Shown here: in pieces, positions 24,080 to 37,103 of the stretch
Layout: every line of letters starts with the position of its first letter
Position numbering within the stretch: position 1 is the stretch's first letter
Source of the DNA: Gracilinanus agilis
Taxonomy: Eukaryota
Direction of reading: 5' to 3'
DNA: 64,000 nt
NCBI RefSeq assembly: GCF_016433145.1
Contig: NC_058133.1
Coordinates: 333,664,778-333,728,777, forward strand
Position numbers and translations under genes: made by a program
Notes under the pieces: model-generated
Seen by the model: the letters and a program-made list of their open reading frames with translations, nothing else
The model's database searches: none
What the model was told of the DNA's origin: nothing

Positions 24080-25262
24080 GTTAATTATTTTGAAATGTTA
24101 TCATATTCTGTGTTCTGACTGACTATATCTTATGTTCTGTCCACTGTACTGCAAAGCCTTACTGCAAAATTTCTGACAGTTGAGAAGGGTTTAGAATCTT
24201 GAGGAAGTTCAGTTGACCCTGGGGACTTGTGGAGAGGAGCAGGGTCAATCTGAGCTATTTCTTTGGATTGAAACCTGGCCTATATTCTGCAGCTTTTCTC
24301 TTAAAAATTGTTAGCTTAATTATTTCCTTTGAATCTCCCTAACCTCCCTTATTCCCCCCCATCTTCATTTTCCCTGCCTTGAATTTCTGTGAGGTTCTGA
24401 AAGGAGGGTAGATCGGAGGGTTAGTTTAGATAGTTGATAGTTTAAATAGTCAAATAGGGCTTACCCTTGTTACAAATTATCTATTGAATCATTGTATCCA
24501 ACTTTCCTAACCCTATTGATTATAAAACCACTTGAGAGCTGAGTTAAGGCAGATCTTTCTCAGTTCCTGTCTCCCTCCCCCACCTGAAGCTTTCTCTAGG
24601 CGGCTGTTAGGGTTACCTTGTATCCTTCATCCCTTCCAATCAACCCTAGAAATCAATAAACCCTGTTTGTCTTTAATCAAAACCTTTGGCTACTTCATTA
24701 GTTGATTGATAAGAGAGGGAGGAGGAGAGAGAAGAACAACATTCTCTCTTTGTTCAGAGGGACTGAAGGTGTCCATTTGGGAGGAAGTGAAATCTTAATA
24801 CTTCCTCTGAGCTATTCCTTTGTAAACCTGAGAAACTGACTAGCAGCCCCTAGTACAGTTTCAAGCCTAACCTTTGTCTGTAGAAGTGCCCTTCCTACTT
24901 GAGGGCTCTGTTTCCCTCAAGTGTCTCTGTTTCAAACCTCTGTCTCAGTCTCTCCCAGGCTGTAGCTGTTTGCCCAAAGTATCTCATCCTCTCCCTTACA
25001 ACTCCTTATATCTCTGTGTTTATATTCCCTAAAATCAGTCATTCCCTTACTACTCCTATCACCTCAATTTACCACCTTTACCATTATACCTTCCTTATTC
25101 ACTTTACTGCCTGAGGGATTCACAAACCCCTATCCATAGTGCCTTATCCTCTATTCCAACCATACCTCTGTCTTAATTTCCCTTGATTACCTCCAGCCTT
25201 TGGTCCCATATCACTCCATTGCCTCAGTCCCTTATTACATCTTGCCTAAATTCCCTTATTAC
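24080..25262 (+). mobile_element. Probable large solo LTR, about 1.2 kb
   Basis: tgtta... start, AATAAA near 24655, ...ttattaca end, LTR-like composition. Boundaries and TSD uncertain. Confidence 0.55.
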
Positions 25263-25869
25263 ACCAAATTTCCAACTATAATGTGGTTAATAGATTAGCC
25301 ACATGCTTTTTCCTATGTGGTTAGTTAGACTGAACTCTTTGGAGTAACTATGGATCTAATGAAGGAAGCTAGGCTAAGTCAGGAGTCTGACACAATCAGC
25401 ACAATATTATCTTTAAGTAGCAGCATCAAAAGGAGCTCATCATCATCTAAAAAAAACCCTCTGAATTGAGATTCTACGTAGGACAATTCTCTATGACAAT
25501 AAACACCTTTGGCAAGTAGGCATCTCTAGGTTTCATTCCTCATTTGATATCGCTAAGATAATTGTACAAAGTGATATGTGTTATTGTATGTTTTCAAGGA
25601 ATTCTACTTGATAACGAAAGGGGAAAAACTTGCTTGGAAAAGAGCCTTTTAAGGCAGCATTTTGTTCAATTGGAAGTTTTGTTTTGTTTGAACCATATAG
25701 TCAACAAGCAATAAACAGAGTGGGACCTTGTATTCTCTAAATCTTTCCATCAACTGTGTGACAGTAAAGATGCTGTCTACTATAACGTCATTTGTGAAAG
25801 GCTGCCTATTCCCTTCTTTTGCCTTCAATGATGTCCTTGATACAAGTGCAAATTATTCTTATAAATATT

Positions 25870-26430
25870 TTGAAGAGACAAGGAAAAAGGTATATGAACA
25901 AATGCAAACACTACAAATAAAGCAATGACCTGGACCTAGAACTGAACAGAGGAAGGAGTACCAATGGGATTGCATTCTGCATATTGTACAGAGATTTTTC
26001 CTGACTATTCTTCAAAATGAAACAAAGGCCCATCTTTGTAACTTCAGTACTCTTCTGCTATGTGGCTGTGAATCACAGAATACTACAATTTCCAAAGAAC
26101 TGAAGTTGTAGGTCACCTGAAAAGGTGTAGTAGATATTAATATGCTACAAAGTATTACTAAGTAAGAACTATTGCATCAAGAGCAGAATAAATATATCAC
26201 TGAGAATATAAGTGAATAGAAGAAGGTAGTAAGTGAACCATTAACAAGATTCAAGAAAAAGATGGATAGGAAAAGAACTCCATTAATATTCATGTAATCC
26301 TAAGAAATCTAGAGGAAGGCCTTCATTGTATGTGTAGTCTCTCTTAAAGGATTAATGGAAGGACACAACCAATAATCACACATGATAACAAAATGTGGAT
26401 AGATTTTGACCTGCATTGTTAAGATTCATT
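25870..26430 (+). mobile_element. Ancient degraded RTE LINE 3' region
   Basis: Remnants of RTE RT C-terminal motifs (ctggacctagaactgaacagagg; ctatgtggctgtgaatca; agaggaaggcc). Boundaries approximate. Confidence 0.55.
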
Positions 26431-26709
26431 TAAGTGTCAAAGTAAGTAAGTACATGAATGAAAAGTATTCATTCCAATGTGGTCACTACGTTCTATGAAT
26501 ACCTATTTGTCAGTTCTAATGGCTTCAACAAAATACAATCAAAATAGAAAAAAATCACCTGGAAGAGTCAATGGCCTTCTTAGTTTTATAATATAATTCT
26601 TTCAGTTAATTTTGTGGAAGTCTATCAAATAAAAAAAACTAATCCTAAATTTAAGGTTTTTGAATATCTGGGTCTCTTCTGACCTAAGTGGTCTCCAAAT
26701 GGAGCTTAC

Positions 26710-26871
26710 CTTCTGACCAAGTTCAGAGAAGACATGAGTAATCACAGTGAGCAATTTCCCAGTGCTGCGGTGAGTTGCCAAGGACACTGTTAGGTGAAAT
26801 AGGATGAGATCTGAATACCTGGAAAGCATGGGCATGAGGCGCACCAGCAAGGAACAGGCCTGATTGAAGAA
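26710..26871 (-). CDS. MDN1: MDN1 exon 22/38 (FFNQACSLLVRLMP...FSELGQK)
   Basis: 162 nt; acceptor atacacag, donor GTAAGC; phase 0 to 0. Confidence 0.95.
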
Positions 26872-27734
26872 CTGTGTATTCAAATAAACAAACGAAAATT
26901 TTTTCTTCAGTGTAAGTGCCTTGTTTTGATAAAATAACAAAGGTTTATAATTCCAATCCTCAGTTTTTCCTATGAGATTTAATAGTCTAAGAATACTCAA
27001 GTAACAGAATTCTCCTCTGTCAGTAAAGCATGCACTTCACCAAAGATAGTGCAGAATTTTGTTTGTCCAACTCTGACCAAGGAGCTCCCTGGCAAAGAAA
27101 TTCCTATACCAAAGCTAATGATGTTTTTGCAATTTGTAATCTTGGATGGCTTCCTGTGACACTTGCCTAGAGCAATACAAGTCAGTTTATATCAAAGTGA
27201 GAACCTGAAATCAAGTAAATATTAAGGAGGAATAGCCCTCAGGAAACTATTCAATGCTGCCTCTCCTGTAACAGAGTAAAACATAAAATTTTGCAAAACA
27301 AATGCAAGATTGTTATTTGAATGATCAACATCACATATTTTAAGCTACTGTGGAACGACAAGAGTTCTTAGTTTTAACTATTATTAGTTAAAATAGTATA
27401 CATTTGTTAAATGTTAATATGTGGTGTGTGTTTGTTTCCTTGGTTGTGAGGGTGAGGACAAGACCTGTGATTTTGTCAGCATACAGAACTCCCAGCAAGG
27501 GATAAAACACTGATGCTGTTTGACTCCTGTTCTGCAGATTCTAGTCTTAGTGATTTGCCTAAGATTTGGCACTAAGAGATTGAATAACTTATGCCAAGCT
27601 CACATCAAACCCTCCTACCCCCACAATGGAAGTCAAATACCAATGGATGACTATCTAGCTTTGTAGTATTCAAAACTATAAAACTCCACTTTCTTACCCA
27701 TAGCATTTAAAACTGATCAATAACCTATCATGAA

Positions 27735-27913
27735 GGGCAGATAGGCAGTTCAGTGGATAGATAGCCAGGCCCGGAGATGAGAGGTCCTAGGTTCAAATCC
27801 GGCCTCAGACACTTCCTAGTTGAGTGGCCCCAATATCCCAGCCCTTACTGCTCTTCTGCCTTGGAAACAAGACTTCACATTGGTTCAAAGACAAATGGTA
27901 AGGGTTTTAAAAA
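27735..27913 (+). mobile_element. SINE1 copy
   Basis: SINE1 head and tail; TSD aataac(c/t)tatca (27719-27730, 27914-27925). Confidence 0.85.
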
Positions 27914-28026
27914 AATAACTTATCAGGTACACAATCAGGGAAATTTATCAGCTGGGACACCTTGAAAAGATGTAAAGGTAGTCAGACTGGAGAAGATGGA
28001 GTTAGAAGCTTAAAGAACCAACTTAC

Positions 28027-28199
28027 TTTGTGCTTCTCTGCTATGCAGTCCTCACCATAAGACTTTAGCCTCTCTAAGAGCTCAGAAATGGTTGATATTA
28101 TTTTTTGCACATGTAGAGAGCTAACATCAGCCCAGAAGTCATCTTCCAGGAGTTTTGTCAGAAGCCCAGGCTGTAGTCTCTCCATTGAGGTTTCTGTTT
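28027..28199 (-). CDS. MDN1: MDN1 exon 21/38 (TETSMERLQPGLLTKLLEDDFW...AEKHK); acceptor may instead be 6 nt downstream (start 28193)
   Basis: 173 nt (167 with the alternative CAG acceptor); donor GTAAGT; phase 1 to 0. Confidence 0.9.
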
Positions 28200-28410
28200 C
28201 TTTGATGGTAGGAAAGAAAAGCGCCATTAATGACAAAAAGCTGTCCACGTACCAAAACCCATTCTGTACCAAGCCATAGAGCCACTGAGATAAGAAACTG
28301 ATGGACATTAAACTAACAAAAATCAATGTGGTTTGATATTTTTCATCTCTTCCCACCCCCCAAAATTTTTTCACTCAATATAAAATTAATCTTTGCCTCA
28401 TTAGACTTAC

Positions 28411-28569
28411 CACTCTCCTCTTGCTGGGTTGCTTGTTCTTTGCCATCTTGTACCTTTTGATTACTTCTCTCTACTAAATTCTGAGTGGCAAAGAGGATTG
28501 CCTGGATAGCAATTTCCATTTGTGCTGAGAAATCCTCCACAAATCCTTCATCTGATATAGGGTTGCCTT
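28411..28569 (-). CDS. MDN1: MDN1 exon 20/38 (GNPISDEGFVEDFS...QQEES)
   Basis: 159 nt; acceptor ttatttcag, donor GTAAGT; phase 1 to 1. Confidence 0.94.
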
Positions 28570-29047
28570 CTGAAATAAAGCATAAAATTTCGTGACCTGG
28601 GAAATCCTTATAAAAATCAAAGTACAAAAACTCTGCTGAAGGGACAGGAATGTCATGAGGAGAATATGTACAGAAATATGAGTTATTTGGGAAATATCAC
28701 ATCACCTTGGCCCACATTTCGTCACCAAGTCTTTCAGTCTCAATAAGGTAAGATTTCTAAAAGACCCTGCGGTTCTGTTATCACACACTACCATGACTTA
28801 CATACTCATGTTTTCTAGCAGAAAAGCAGGGAAGTCAAGTTATAAGGCCACAAATCCTTTACAAATTTTGTCCCAGTTAGTTTTTCCAAATCAGTTTTTC
28901 TTCTGATTTAATCTAGATTTGAATTAACATCAATCTTGAGGTGAATTAACATTTATAGGATGAAAGTTAGTAAATCTTCATTGCTTTAGGCTTCCCATTC
29001 TTTCCCCCAAAATTTCAAAAGTCAAGTAGAAAAATTATCCTTTTTAC

Positions 29048-29268
29048 CCTGTTTGGATGAAATAAGATGTGTTTTCCAGGCAGTGAAGTCAACCACGGCT
29101 TTATTGATTTCTTCTCTAATATATTCCAAACTCTTGACTAATGTGATTTGCTGTTCAGTTTGCTTAGCCTCTGTCCCTGGAAGAATGAACAAGGACTCTA
29201 GGTCCTGCAACTGAGTGGAGACTTTGGACATGCAATTCAATCCAGAAGAGCACACTTCAAAATGTTTC
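29048..29268 (-). CDS. MDN1: MDN1 exon 19/38 (KHFEVCSSGLNC...THLISSKQ)
   Basis: 221 nt; acceptor tgttgcag, donor GTAAAA; phase 2 to 1. Confidence 0.94.
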
Positions 29269-29554
29269 CTGCAACAATACAGAAACACTGAGAAAGTTAA
29301 AAGGAACATGAGAGAACATATGCTTCCCCAATCACACACATCACATAAAGCCCATTTTCTTAATTACTTTGTGGCTATACCTGGTATTTAATGTACATAC
29401 TAAATAATGACAAGTCATGCCCTACAATTACTCTAACAACCCAACTGAATGAATACAAAGCAAAGACTGCATATTCGTGAATCCCAATTATTTTCACATG
29501 ATGACAGCTTTCAGTTGCACAGTGAGCAGTGGCAAGATAGCACCATCCACTCAC

Positions 29555-30055
29555 CAAGAATGAAAGAGAGTTTCACAAGCCTGCTGTCTGATTTTGTCCA
29601 CTTCAGCTTTCACAGCTTTCATGGTTGTTAGCATCTCAGTTACTTTCATCACTGAATTGTGCCATAACTGGTCTGATTTCCGCATTCGACACCCAGGAGG
29701 CAGGTAATCTCCAAACACTGGAGATGGGTAGCTCAGTTCTAGTGGGATCGTATTAGGCATTGCCCCAGACGCCTCTCCCAGAGTGGGTTCAGTTACTTCT
29801 GAAGAAGTTTTCCCAGAGTGGGGAGTAGAAAGTCCATCTCCTCTGCTCTTGTCATCAATACTGCTTAGAGACTGTTCCTTTGGACAGCACTGAAGAAACC
29901 AGGAAAGCTGTTCCAACACTATCATGCTTTGCATGGACAAATGCTGTAGTTTTTCAGTCCACTGCTGAACACCATCTTGAGGTGGGAAGGCTACAAGATA
30001 GCCATGAGACCCAGGAAGCCTGGAATGAATTTCCTGAACACAACTGAGAAGGTTC
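29555..30055 (-). CDS. MDN1: MDN1 exon 18/38 (NLLSCVQEIHSRL...CETLFHS-W)
   Basis: 501 nt inside ORF 29551-30078; acceptor cccattag, donor GTGAGT; phase 2 to 2. Confidence 0.96.
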
Positions 30056-31112
30056 CTAATGGGAAGAAATACAGCCAAAGAACATATTAAAAAGTTTCTT
30101 CAAACTTCGATTCAATTTCATTTATTAATGCAAACTAAGTGTATAGCACATTCTACAAAAGAACAGACTTATCCGACCTAGAGTGGGAAGTTTTTTGATT
30201 TGATAGGATTGTTAAATGGCTTGTGGAAGTTTGTAAGCATACACTAGAACCCTAAACATGAACTTTCAAAATGAAATGTCTGCTTACTAATTCCTATAAC
30301 CCTCCCACATACTAGAAATTGTTGCTCTTTGAGAAGTATCCAGAATTCTTTTCTTATGAAATCAAAAAATTGAAAAAAACTCAAGAATTCTTAAACTAAG
30401 TACTCAGGGTACTCTGCTAAAGTAAACATAATGGATGATGAGAGGTTATGGCTGAACCAAAATAATTTCTATACACTAATATGTATATATTACTGAGCCA
30501 AGAATATATAATTTATCACAGCCTACCATAGAAGTGCTCATCTTATAAAAATCTGCAACAGCTAAGAACAATGAAATGAAAGAGTGGCCAACTACTACTT
30601 GGGCTTACAAAGATATAGGCTTGCTTTCAACCCTACTAGCAATGTACACATGGCCAAGTTATCTAATTCACTACCACGTCAGATTGTTGGGAAAATATTT
30701 TTAAAACCTAAAGGCTCTAGGGTAAATGTGAATTATTTTTGTCACAGTTACAAACTATAAGCAAAAGCAGGCTCAGGAAGCCTGATCTCTAGAATATGGT
30801 TTGGTGCTGGTCACCCTAAGACTTTAAAAAACTATATGAACCATCACAACATTTAGCAAAGAAAAGCTCTTAATCTGATTCACCTGGGCTGTCATTTCAC
30901 ATTCAATTCAGGACAGTTCTTTGCAAGCCTTATTAAAAGTCTCTAAAACATCTCCAAAGTTATCACAAGGAGATGCATAATATTCACCTAAAGCAATTAC
31001 TCATCTAATCTCAACACAATAATTACTCTTTGATTTAAATATGCAACTCCTTCTCAATCATCTAAAAAGCCATACTCCATACCATTTGCCATCCAAGCTG
31101 GGTAGTCTTTAC

Positions 31113-31228
31113 CTGAGAATAATCCACTGTTCTGTCAGGGCGGTCAGTGAACTCCTCTGGTGGATAAGTGTTTTCATTAGGTGTGCTGAGAATCCTTTAC
31201 ATCTATCAATGATACTCACTCCAATTTC
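31113..31228 (-). CDS. MDN1: MDN1 exon 17/38 (EIGVSIIDRCKGFSAHLMK...EQWIIL-R)
   Basis: 116 nt; acceptor cctctatag, donor GTAAAG; phase 0 to 2. Confidence 0.95.
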
Positions 31229-31787
31229 CTATAGAGGAAAGATAGAAAGTAGGATAGACACATGGAGAATAACAGTGGGAGAAACTATTATCCTGGAACC
31301 ATTTTACCATACTGATCTCTGGTGAGAAGATTTGACAATTAGGCACAGGAAATGTCAGGCTATGTTTTCTAAACTGAAAGACATGTATTGAGAATATAGG
31401 TTTTGACTTGTAGATCACGGGATTTAGAACTGGAAAAGATTTTAAAGATTATTTCACTCAACACTCATTTTACAGGTGAGGAAACTGGGGCCCAAAGAGG
31501 ATGACAGACTTTATCCAACGTTATTCCACATCACAAATTATGAGAATGGAACCTGAAGTTCAGTCTTCTCTCTAACCCCAGGATCCAAAGCCCTCTCTAC
31601 TGCATCACATTACTTCCATGTGAAATAATGACTCATACTGACATACTGTATTGACTGGCAAACAGGCCATTTTTGTTCTTTCTCTCAAAAGACATTCCCA
31701 TTATTTGTCTGTGAGCTTTTGGAACTGGTTTTTCCTTATGTTTCAAAGATACAGTTCCTCAATTCAACCTGCTGGAATCCCTTATAC

Positions 31788-31973
31788 CAGTGGTTCCCAA
31801 ACTTTTTTTGGCCTACCACCCCCTTTTCAGAAAAATATATTACTTGGCCCCCTGGAAATTAAATTTTTTTTAATTTTAATAGCAATTAATAGGAAAGATA
31901 AATGCACCTGTGGCCACCCCGAATCGCTATAGCACCCACTAGGGGGCGGTAGCGCCCACTTTGGGAATCACTG
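31788..31973. mobile_element. hAT-superfamily MITE, 186 bp
   Basis: TIRs cagtggttcccaaa / tttgggaatcactg; perfect 8-bp TSD ccttatac (31780-31787, 31974-31981); several CpGs retained. Confidence 0.93.
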
Positions 31974-33102
31974 CCTTATACCTTCAAAACTCAGGTGAAA
32001 TACCACCATCAATATGAAATCTTTCCTGATTCCCCTGGCTGCTTGTACCTTTCCTCCAAAATGGCCATCCATTTTTATTTAGCATATAGAGACCATTCTT
32101 GCTTTGCATAAATTTGTATCATACAAAGTCAACTCCTTAGCTTGTGGGTGGCAGGACCCCATGCCAACCTGGACTTCAGCTCCCACACATGGTGGCAGAG
32201 CCCCACAGAGCCATGGAGGGGGCAAGGCCAGAGGAACAATCTATTTACACTAATGGAGGCCTGGCTGCACTTATTTCTGGATAAATCTCCTTTGAGAACA
32301 TGTAAACATGACAGAGGGGACTATAATATTCTTGTCTCTGAATGCTCATCATGTAGCCCCCATAGTAGACCTTAGTCAATGTTGACAGTGCTAAGTGCTT
32401 TCACACCAATGCTATGAGAATAAAAATATGTGCAAAGCACTTTGTAAACCAAGACCTACATATAGATCATTGCTAATAACTGCTAGAATGTTTAAGAATG
32501 AGTTTGTCTCCCCCGATATCATGTAAACTCCATAAAGGCAAGGAATATATTTCTACCTTTTTATTACCCAGACTTTAGCATTGTACCTAGCACACAGCAG
32601 GTGCTTAATAAATATTAGTTGACAGACTGTCAGGTTATATTTCTTTACCTTGATCTGACTGGTACAAAACATGTAGCACGTGCATACACGCACACGCACA
32701 CGCACACACACACGCACCCCTAAGAAAAAGATGGTAAATAATCTTACTCTTAATGAATAAAAGCATGATGAGCAAAATAATAAAGACAAAGTAAACAATA
32801 AATAAAGTAGGTTGACTTGAAAAGAATTCAAAAGGAATTTTTCAACAAAGACATATTTAGTATGGCAATTTTAATCATGTTTACATGCACATGTGTATAT
32901 TTCCATCCCAACACTTCAAAAAAAAAGGCAACTTTGGAGTGGCCTAAACTGAGTCCAATATGGTAAATAAGCTGACATTTAAGATAGTTCAGTTCAGTTT
33001 ATGACTCTCAGTAGAATTTTCTATAAGTTAATTGATAGCTAAATGGTTATTGCTGCCTCCACTTTCAGTGAATAATTAAGAAGCTATTAAAAATAAATTC
33101 CA

Positions 33103-33300
33103 GGGCAGCTGGGTAGCTCAGTGGATTGAGAGTCAGGCCTAGAGACAGGAGGTCCTAGGTTCAACTCTGACTTCAGACACCCCAGCTGTGTGACCCTGGG
33201 CAAGTTACTTGACCCCCATTGCCTACCCTTACCACTCTTCTGCCTAGGAGCCAATACACAGAAGTTAATGGCTTAAACAAAATAAATAAACAAACAAACA
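33103..33300 (+). mobile_element. SINE1 copy with (AAAC/AAAT)n tail
   Basis: Near-consensus SINE1 head and body. Confidence 0.9.
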
Positions 33301-33469
33301 AATAAATAAATAAGTGGATGGGTGAGTAAATAAATAAGTAATTTCCAGAGAAATTGATATAGGCAAATTATTACCTGCTGAAAAAAATCTTTTTAAGTCT
33401 ATTTCTGAGAGGTTGAAACAATAAGAAAGCCTATAATTTTCACTCTAGCTACCAACTTTCCTCTCTTAC

Positions 33470-33575
33470 CTTGGAAGGAGCCAAAAATTCTGCTTGAAGT
33501 CTTAAGTGACGAGCAAGTGATCGATAGAAATATTTCTGACACCCATCCCAGGAGGAAGAGATTTCTGCAAGCAGC
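33470..33575 (-). CDS. MDN1: MDN1 exon 16/38 (LLAEISSSWDGCQKYFYRSLARH...APSK)
   Basis: 106 nt; acceptor ctctttcag, donor GTAAGA; phase 2 to 0. Confidence 0.95.
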
Positions 33576-34009
33576 CTGAAAGAGAAGAGGCATGGTTGGT
33601 GTCCTTCAAGCTATAGCCCATGCCAAGTAAACAGAAAGTCCAGTTATACCAAATAGCCAATGGTCTAATTTATTTGATCATTGTTACTCAACAGGCACCT
33701 ACTATATGCTCAGCATTTTGTATGACACAATCTTAAAACCAAAGTGGAAGTACTTATGCTGTCCTGGACAAACTTACTATCTTGCTAATGTTCCTTAAGT
33801 TCTAGTTATTACAATTTCAAAGGTTAAGAAGTATCAAAACATGTCTCAGAAACAATGAAGAAAGTATAAAGCTACCTGGGGGTTTGTTCTATAAAACAAA
33901 GCATCTTAAGGGGCAAATAGTTCAAGAAATGAACTCAGGGTTTTGAAGATTTCTGTATACACATAATCTGAGAGAAATACATAACCAGTTGGACAGGGGA
34001 GAAGGAGTG

Positions 34010-34681
34010 TGTAAATGGAATTAGCTCATTCTTTAGACATTAGCCACCAGGAATAACGTAACCCCACCCAACTTAGAATTAAGTGGGGAGGGGGAGGTCT
34101 GTGACCCACATGTGAGAGTAAGTGACAAATCAAAAACAAGGGACTGCCTCCTGGGCAGTCCAAAACAGTATTGAGGCTGCCATTTGAAACTGGAGGTGGA
34201 TGCAGGAAGTGACTAAAGCTGCTATTTTTAAAATATGATGGTAACTTCCTATGGAGAGCTTTTGGTGCTTTGAACTTGGTGTTGAAGGAGATAGGGTGAG
34301 ACCTCAGGCTGCTTCCTTTTGAATTGTCACGTGGGTAAGTTACGCTGACTCTCTTTCTCTTCCCTTGGCATTTCTGGAGGCTCTAGCCTCAAAGAGGCCT
34401 CTCTTCTTAGAGAAGGCCTTGTGGCTAGAAGCCTTGTTTAATTAACCTCTGTGCCCCTCTGCTGAGGCCTCTGACTCCCTACCTGGTTTAGGCCTCTGGT
34501 CCGAGCCAGAGTTTCTCTCTCTCAATTTCTCTACCTTCAACCTTTCTAAGTGTAAATAAACCACCATAAAAGTAATCCTGACTTGGGTCTCTTTTATTTC
34601 GAAATCGAGTTAATTGATTTCTGACAACAAAATCTTAAATATCTAGTCCAACCTTAATAATTCCCATTTTCCCCTCTTATA
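34010..34681 (+). mobile_element. Solo LTR, about 670 bp
   Basis: Ends TGTAA...TTATA (decayed TTACA), imperfect 4-bp TSD agtg/aggg, AATAAA near 34555. Confidence 0.7.
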
Positions 34682-34785
34682 AGGGGTGGAGGTTAAAAAG
34701 AATCTTTGAGAAAACAACTTGAACAATTCTAAAGAGTTCATGTTCAAGCATCATTTATAGTTAAATTCTATCCCAAAGTACAAAC

Positions 34786-34912
34786 CTTGTATCCAATCCC
34801 TGGGTGTTGCCAACAATAGACAGTGCACTGTGAAGATCTAATGGGTGTAGATGAAGGATATTTTGAAGGTCATTGGAACGAACCCAAGTAAGGCCTTTGC
34901 GATAAGACAAGC
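34786..34912 (-). CDS. MDN1: MDN1 exon 15/38 (LSYRKGLTWVRSND...TQGLDT-R)
   Basis: 127 nt; poly-T acceptor ending ttaag, donor GTTTGT; phase 1 to 2. Confidence 0.94.
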
Positions 34913-35145
34913 CTTAAAAAAAAAGAAATGTTTATTATGAGTTTAAGGAAATAAAAATCATCAAATACCTTTAATCTAGTTATCAACAGCATATGTATCA
35001 GCACTAATTCATATAAAAGGAAACTGTAGACATGCCCACAGAAAATTAAAATCAAATACCTGAATCCAATAATATTACTGTTCAATGATTTTGTAGATCA
35101 CCAGCCTATCATCATCTCCCCCCAACCCCGTACCCCAAGTGCCTC

Positions 35146-35287
35146 TAATTGTTCAGTCTCTTTCTTTTTGAGAAGTGGAAAATGTATGTATGGGAAAGGT
35201 AATAAACCTGTCAGTCATAATTGTTCAGTCTCTTTCTTTTTGAGAAGTGGAAAATGTATGTATGGGAAGGGTAATAAACCTGTCAGT
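35146..35287. repeat. Tandem duplication of a 70-bp unit (period 72)
   Basis: 35146-35215 and 35218-35287 differ at one base. Confidence 0.95.
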
Positions 35288-35663
35288 TCATTGGTAGAAG
35301 GAATTTCTGTTGAGAAAGCTCTCTCTATGTAATGTAAATCAGTGATTATGGTCTTACAGAGGATCAGGGGCACTGAGAGATCAAGTACCTTGTCCAGAGG
35401 GACATAGACAATATATCTAAGAATCAAGACCCCAACTTAATTCCAAGGCCAGCCTTAAGCTATGCCACACTGTCTTCATTATTCAGTTGTGTGCATAAGT
35501 ATCTATATACATGTGTGTGCACATACATATGCACACACATCTACACACACACACATACTTTTTAAAAATACAAATTCAGAAAATATAATCCATGCTCATT
35601 CCATTTACAGCCTAACAAAAAGGATTAAATGCTTTGGAAAAATATAATTAAATGAAGACCCAC

Positions 35664-35810
35664 CAATTTTGATGAGATACTTGAAAAGCTCTGATAGAGC
35701 CCGCTGCTTCTGCAAAAGAATGTGTTTGACTTCTGATTTCTGCTTCTCCTTATCTGTGTTGGGGTCCACAGCTAAGCTCTGTAGTTCATGTACTGAGGAA
35801 ATAATATCTC
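35664..35810 (-). CDS. MDN1: MDN1 exon 14/38 (DIISSVHELQSL...LFKYLIKI-G)
   Basis: 147 nt; acceptor ccctccag, donor GTGGGT; phase 1 to 1. Confidence 0.94.
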
Positions 35811-36016
35811 CTGGAGGGAGAAAAGACAGAGAAAAACAAAATACACCTGAAAGTTTAAGCTCGTTTGAGGTAAGGAGAAAAGAGTGCTTCAAAGAGCAAA
35901 AGAAGCAAATTCTGTTTGTACATTTTTTTGTACATTAGTTTTGAACTAATATGCAGAGAAGTCTGAAGAACAAAGAAAACAATGTACTTGGTAAATTCAT
36001 AAAAATAACCCTAGAT

Positions 36017-36221
36017 CAGTGATGGGCAAACTACAGTCTGAGGGCCAGATGCGGCCCCCTGAAATGTTCTATCCAGCCAGGTGACATTTATTCTTAATCT
36101 GGCGAATACAATGAGTAAGATACAATACAATGAAACTTTGAATGAGTTTCCTTAGAAACAGACTGACAGATGAGCATTTCCTTTCCTTTGGCCCCCTCTT
36201 TAAAAAGTTTGCCCATCACTG
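36017..36221. mobile_element. hAT-Charlie MITE, 205 bp
   Basis: Perfect 16-bp TIRs cagtgatgggcaaact / agtttgcccatcactg; TSD ccctagat/ccctagac. Confidence 0.93.
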
Positions 36222-37103
36222 CCCTAGACCATTCTGGACTCTGGAGGTCTAAAGATGAGGCACCCCTCCCTCCTTTCAGGAAAAGGCAGTGGATTACAAA
36301 TATGGAATGAGGACTGAGCTATGTGAGAGACTGGCCCTGGCGTAAGCTTCCTGAACACAGAGAATTACCTAGAAAAAAAAGAACAAAAAGACTAGAAAAT
36401 TCTGACCAATACAATAATGATTTCAAAGGACTTAATGGTGATGAGTCTCTTACTTCATGTCAGAGAGACATATGGAGAAGAGATATGGAATGAAATATCC
36501 ATTGTAAGACACCATCAATTGGGGGGAGAGGAAGACATCTGTTCACCTACTGTTTATTATAAAGGAAAATCGGGGAGTCACTGAGAAATGATAGTGATAT
36601 GAAAAAGAAAAGTGAAAACACTAAACATCTGAAAAGGAGAGGAGGTGTGGGGAAGGGGAAGTGTCCCATAAGGACCTGAAGCTAATTTCTACCTGTCACC
36701 AAAAATCCTGCCTGAAGAAGAAAGGGCAAAAGCTAATTCACCACCATGCATCCTTCTATTTAAATTTAGGTAATGATATGGTTTTTGTAGTTCTAAACAG
36801 ATAAATCCCCAAACTATATCTGTTTCACTTTCATGCAGGACTCTGCTTGGTCTTCCTCCCTTTAAATGTTAATAAAAATTAATCAATTGTTTTGACCAGA
36901 GCCTATGAGGAACCCTAAGAAGTAGCAGAATTCACCCCACAAACAAACAAACAAACAAATAAATAAATGGAGCTGCCCAGCAAATAAGTAAATAAATGGG
37001 TGGGTGGATGGACGAATGAATGAATGAATCAAACCAAAAACCACCTTTCTGAATTTCCTTCCCATAAAATCTACTTTGCTGCTGTGGGCGCATATATACC
37101 CAC

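Noticed and set aside
32130-32330. GC-richer unique intronic patch (also 40300-40480), considered as an enhancer or cryptic exon
   Set aside because: There are no convincing splice sites or distinctive motifs; it cannot be supported without conservation data.
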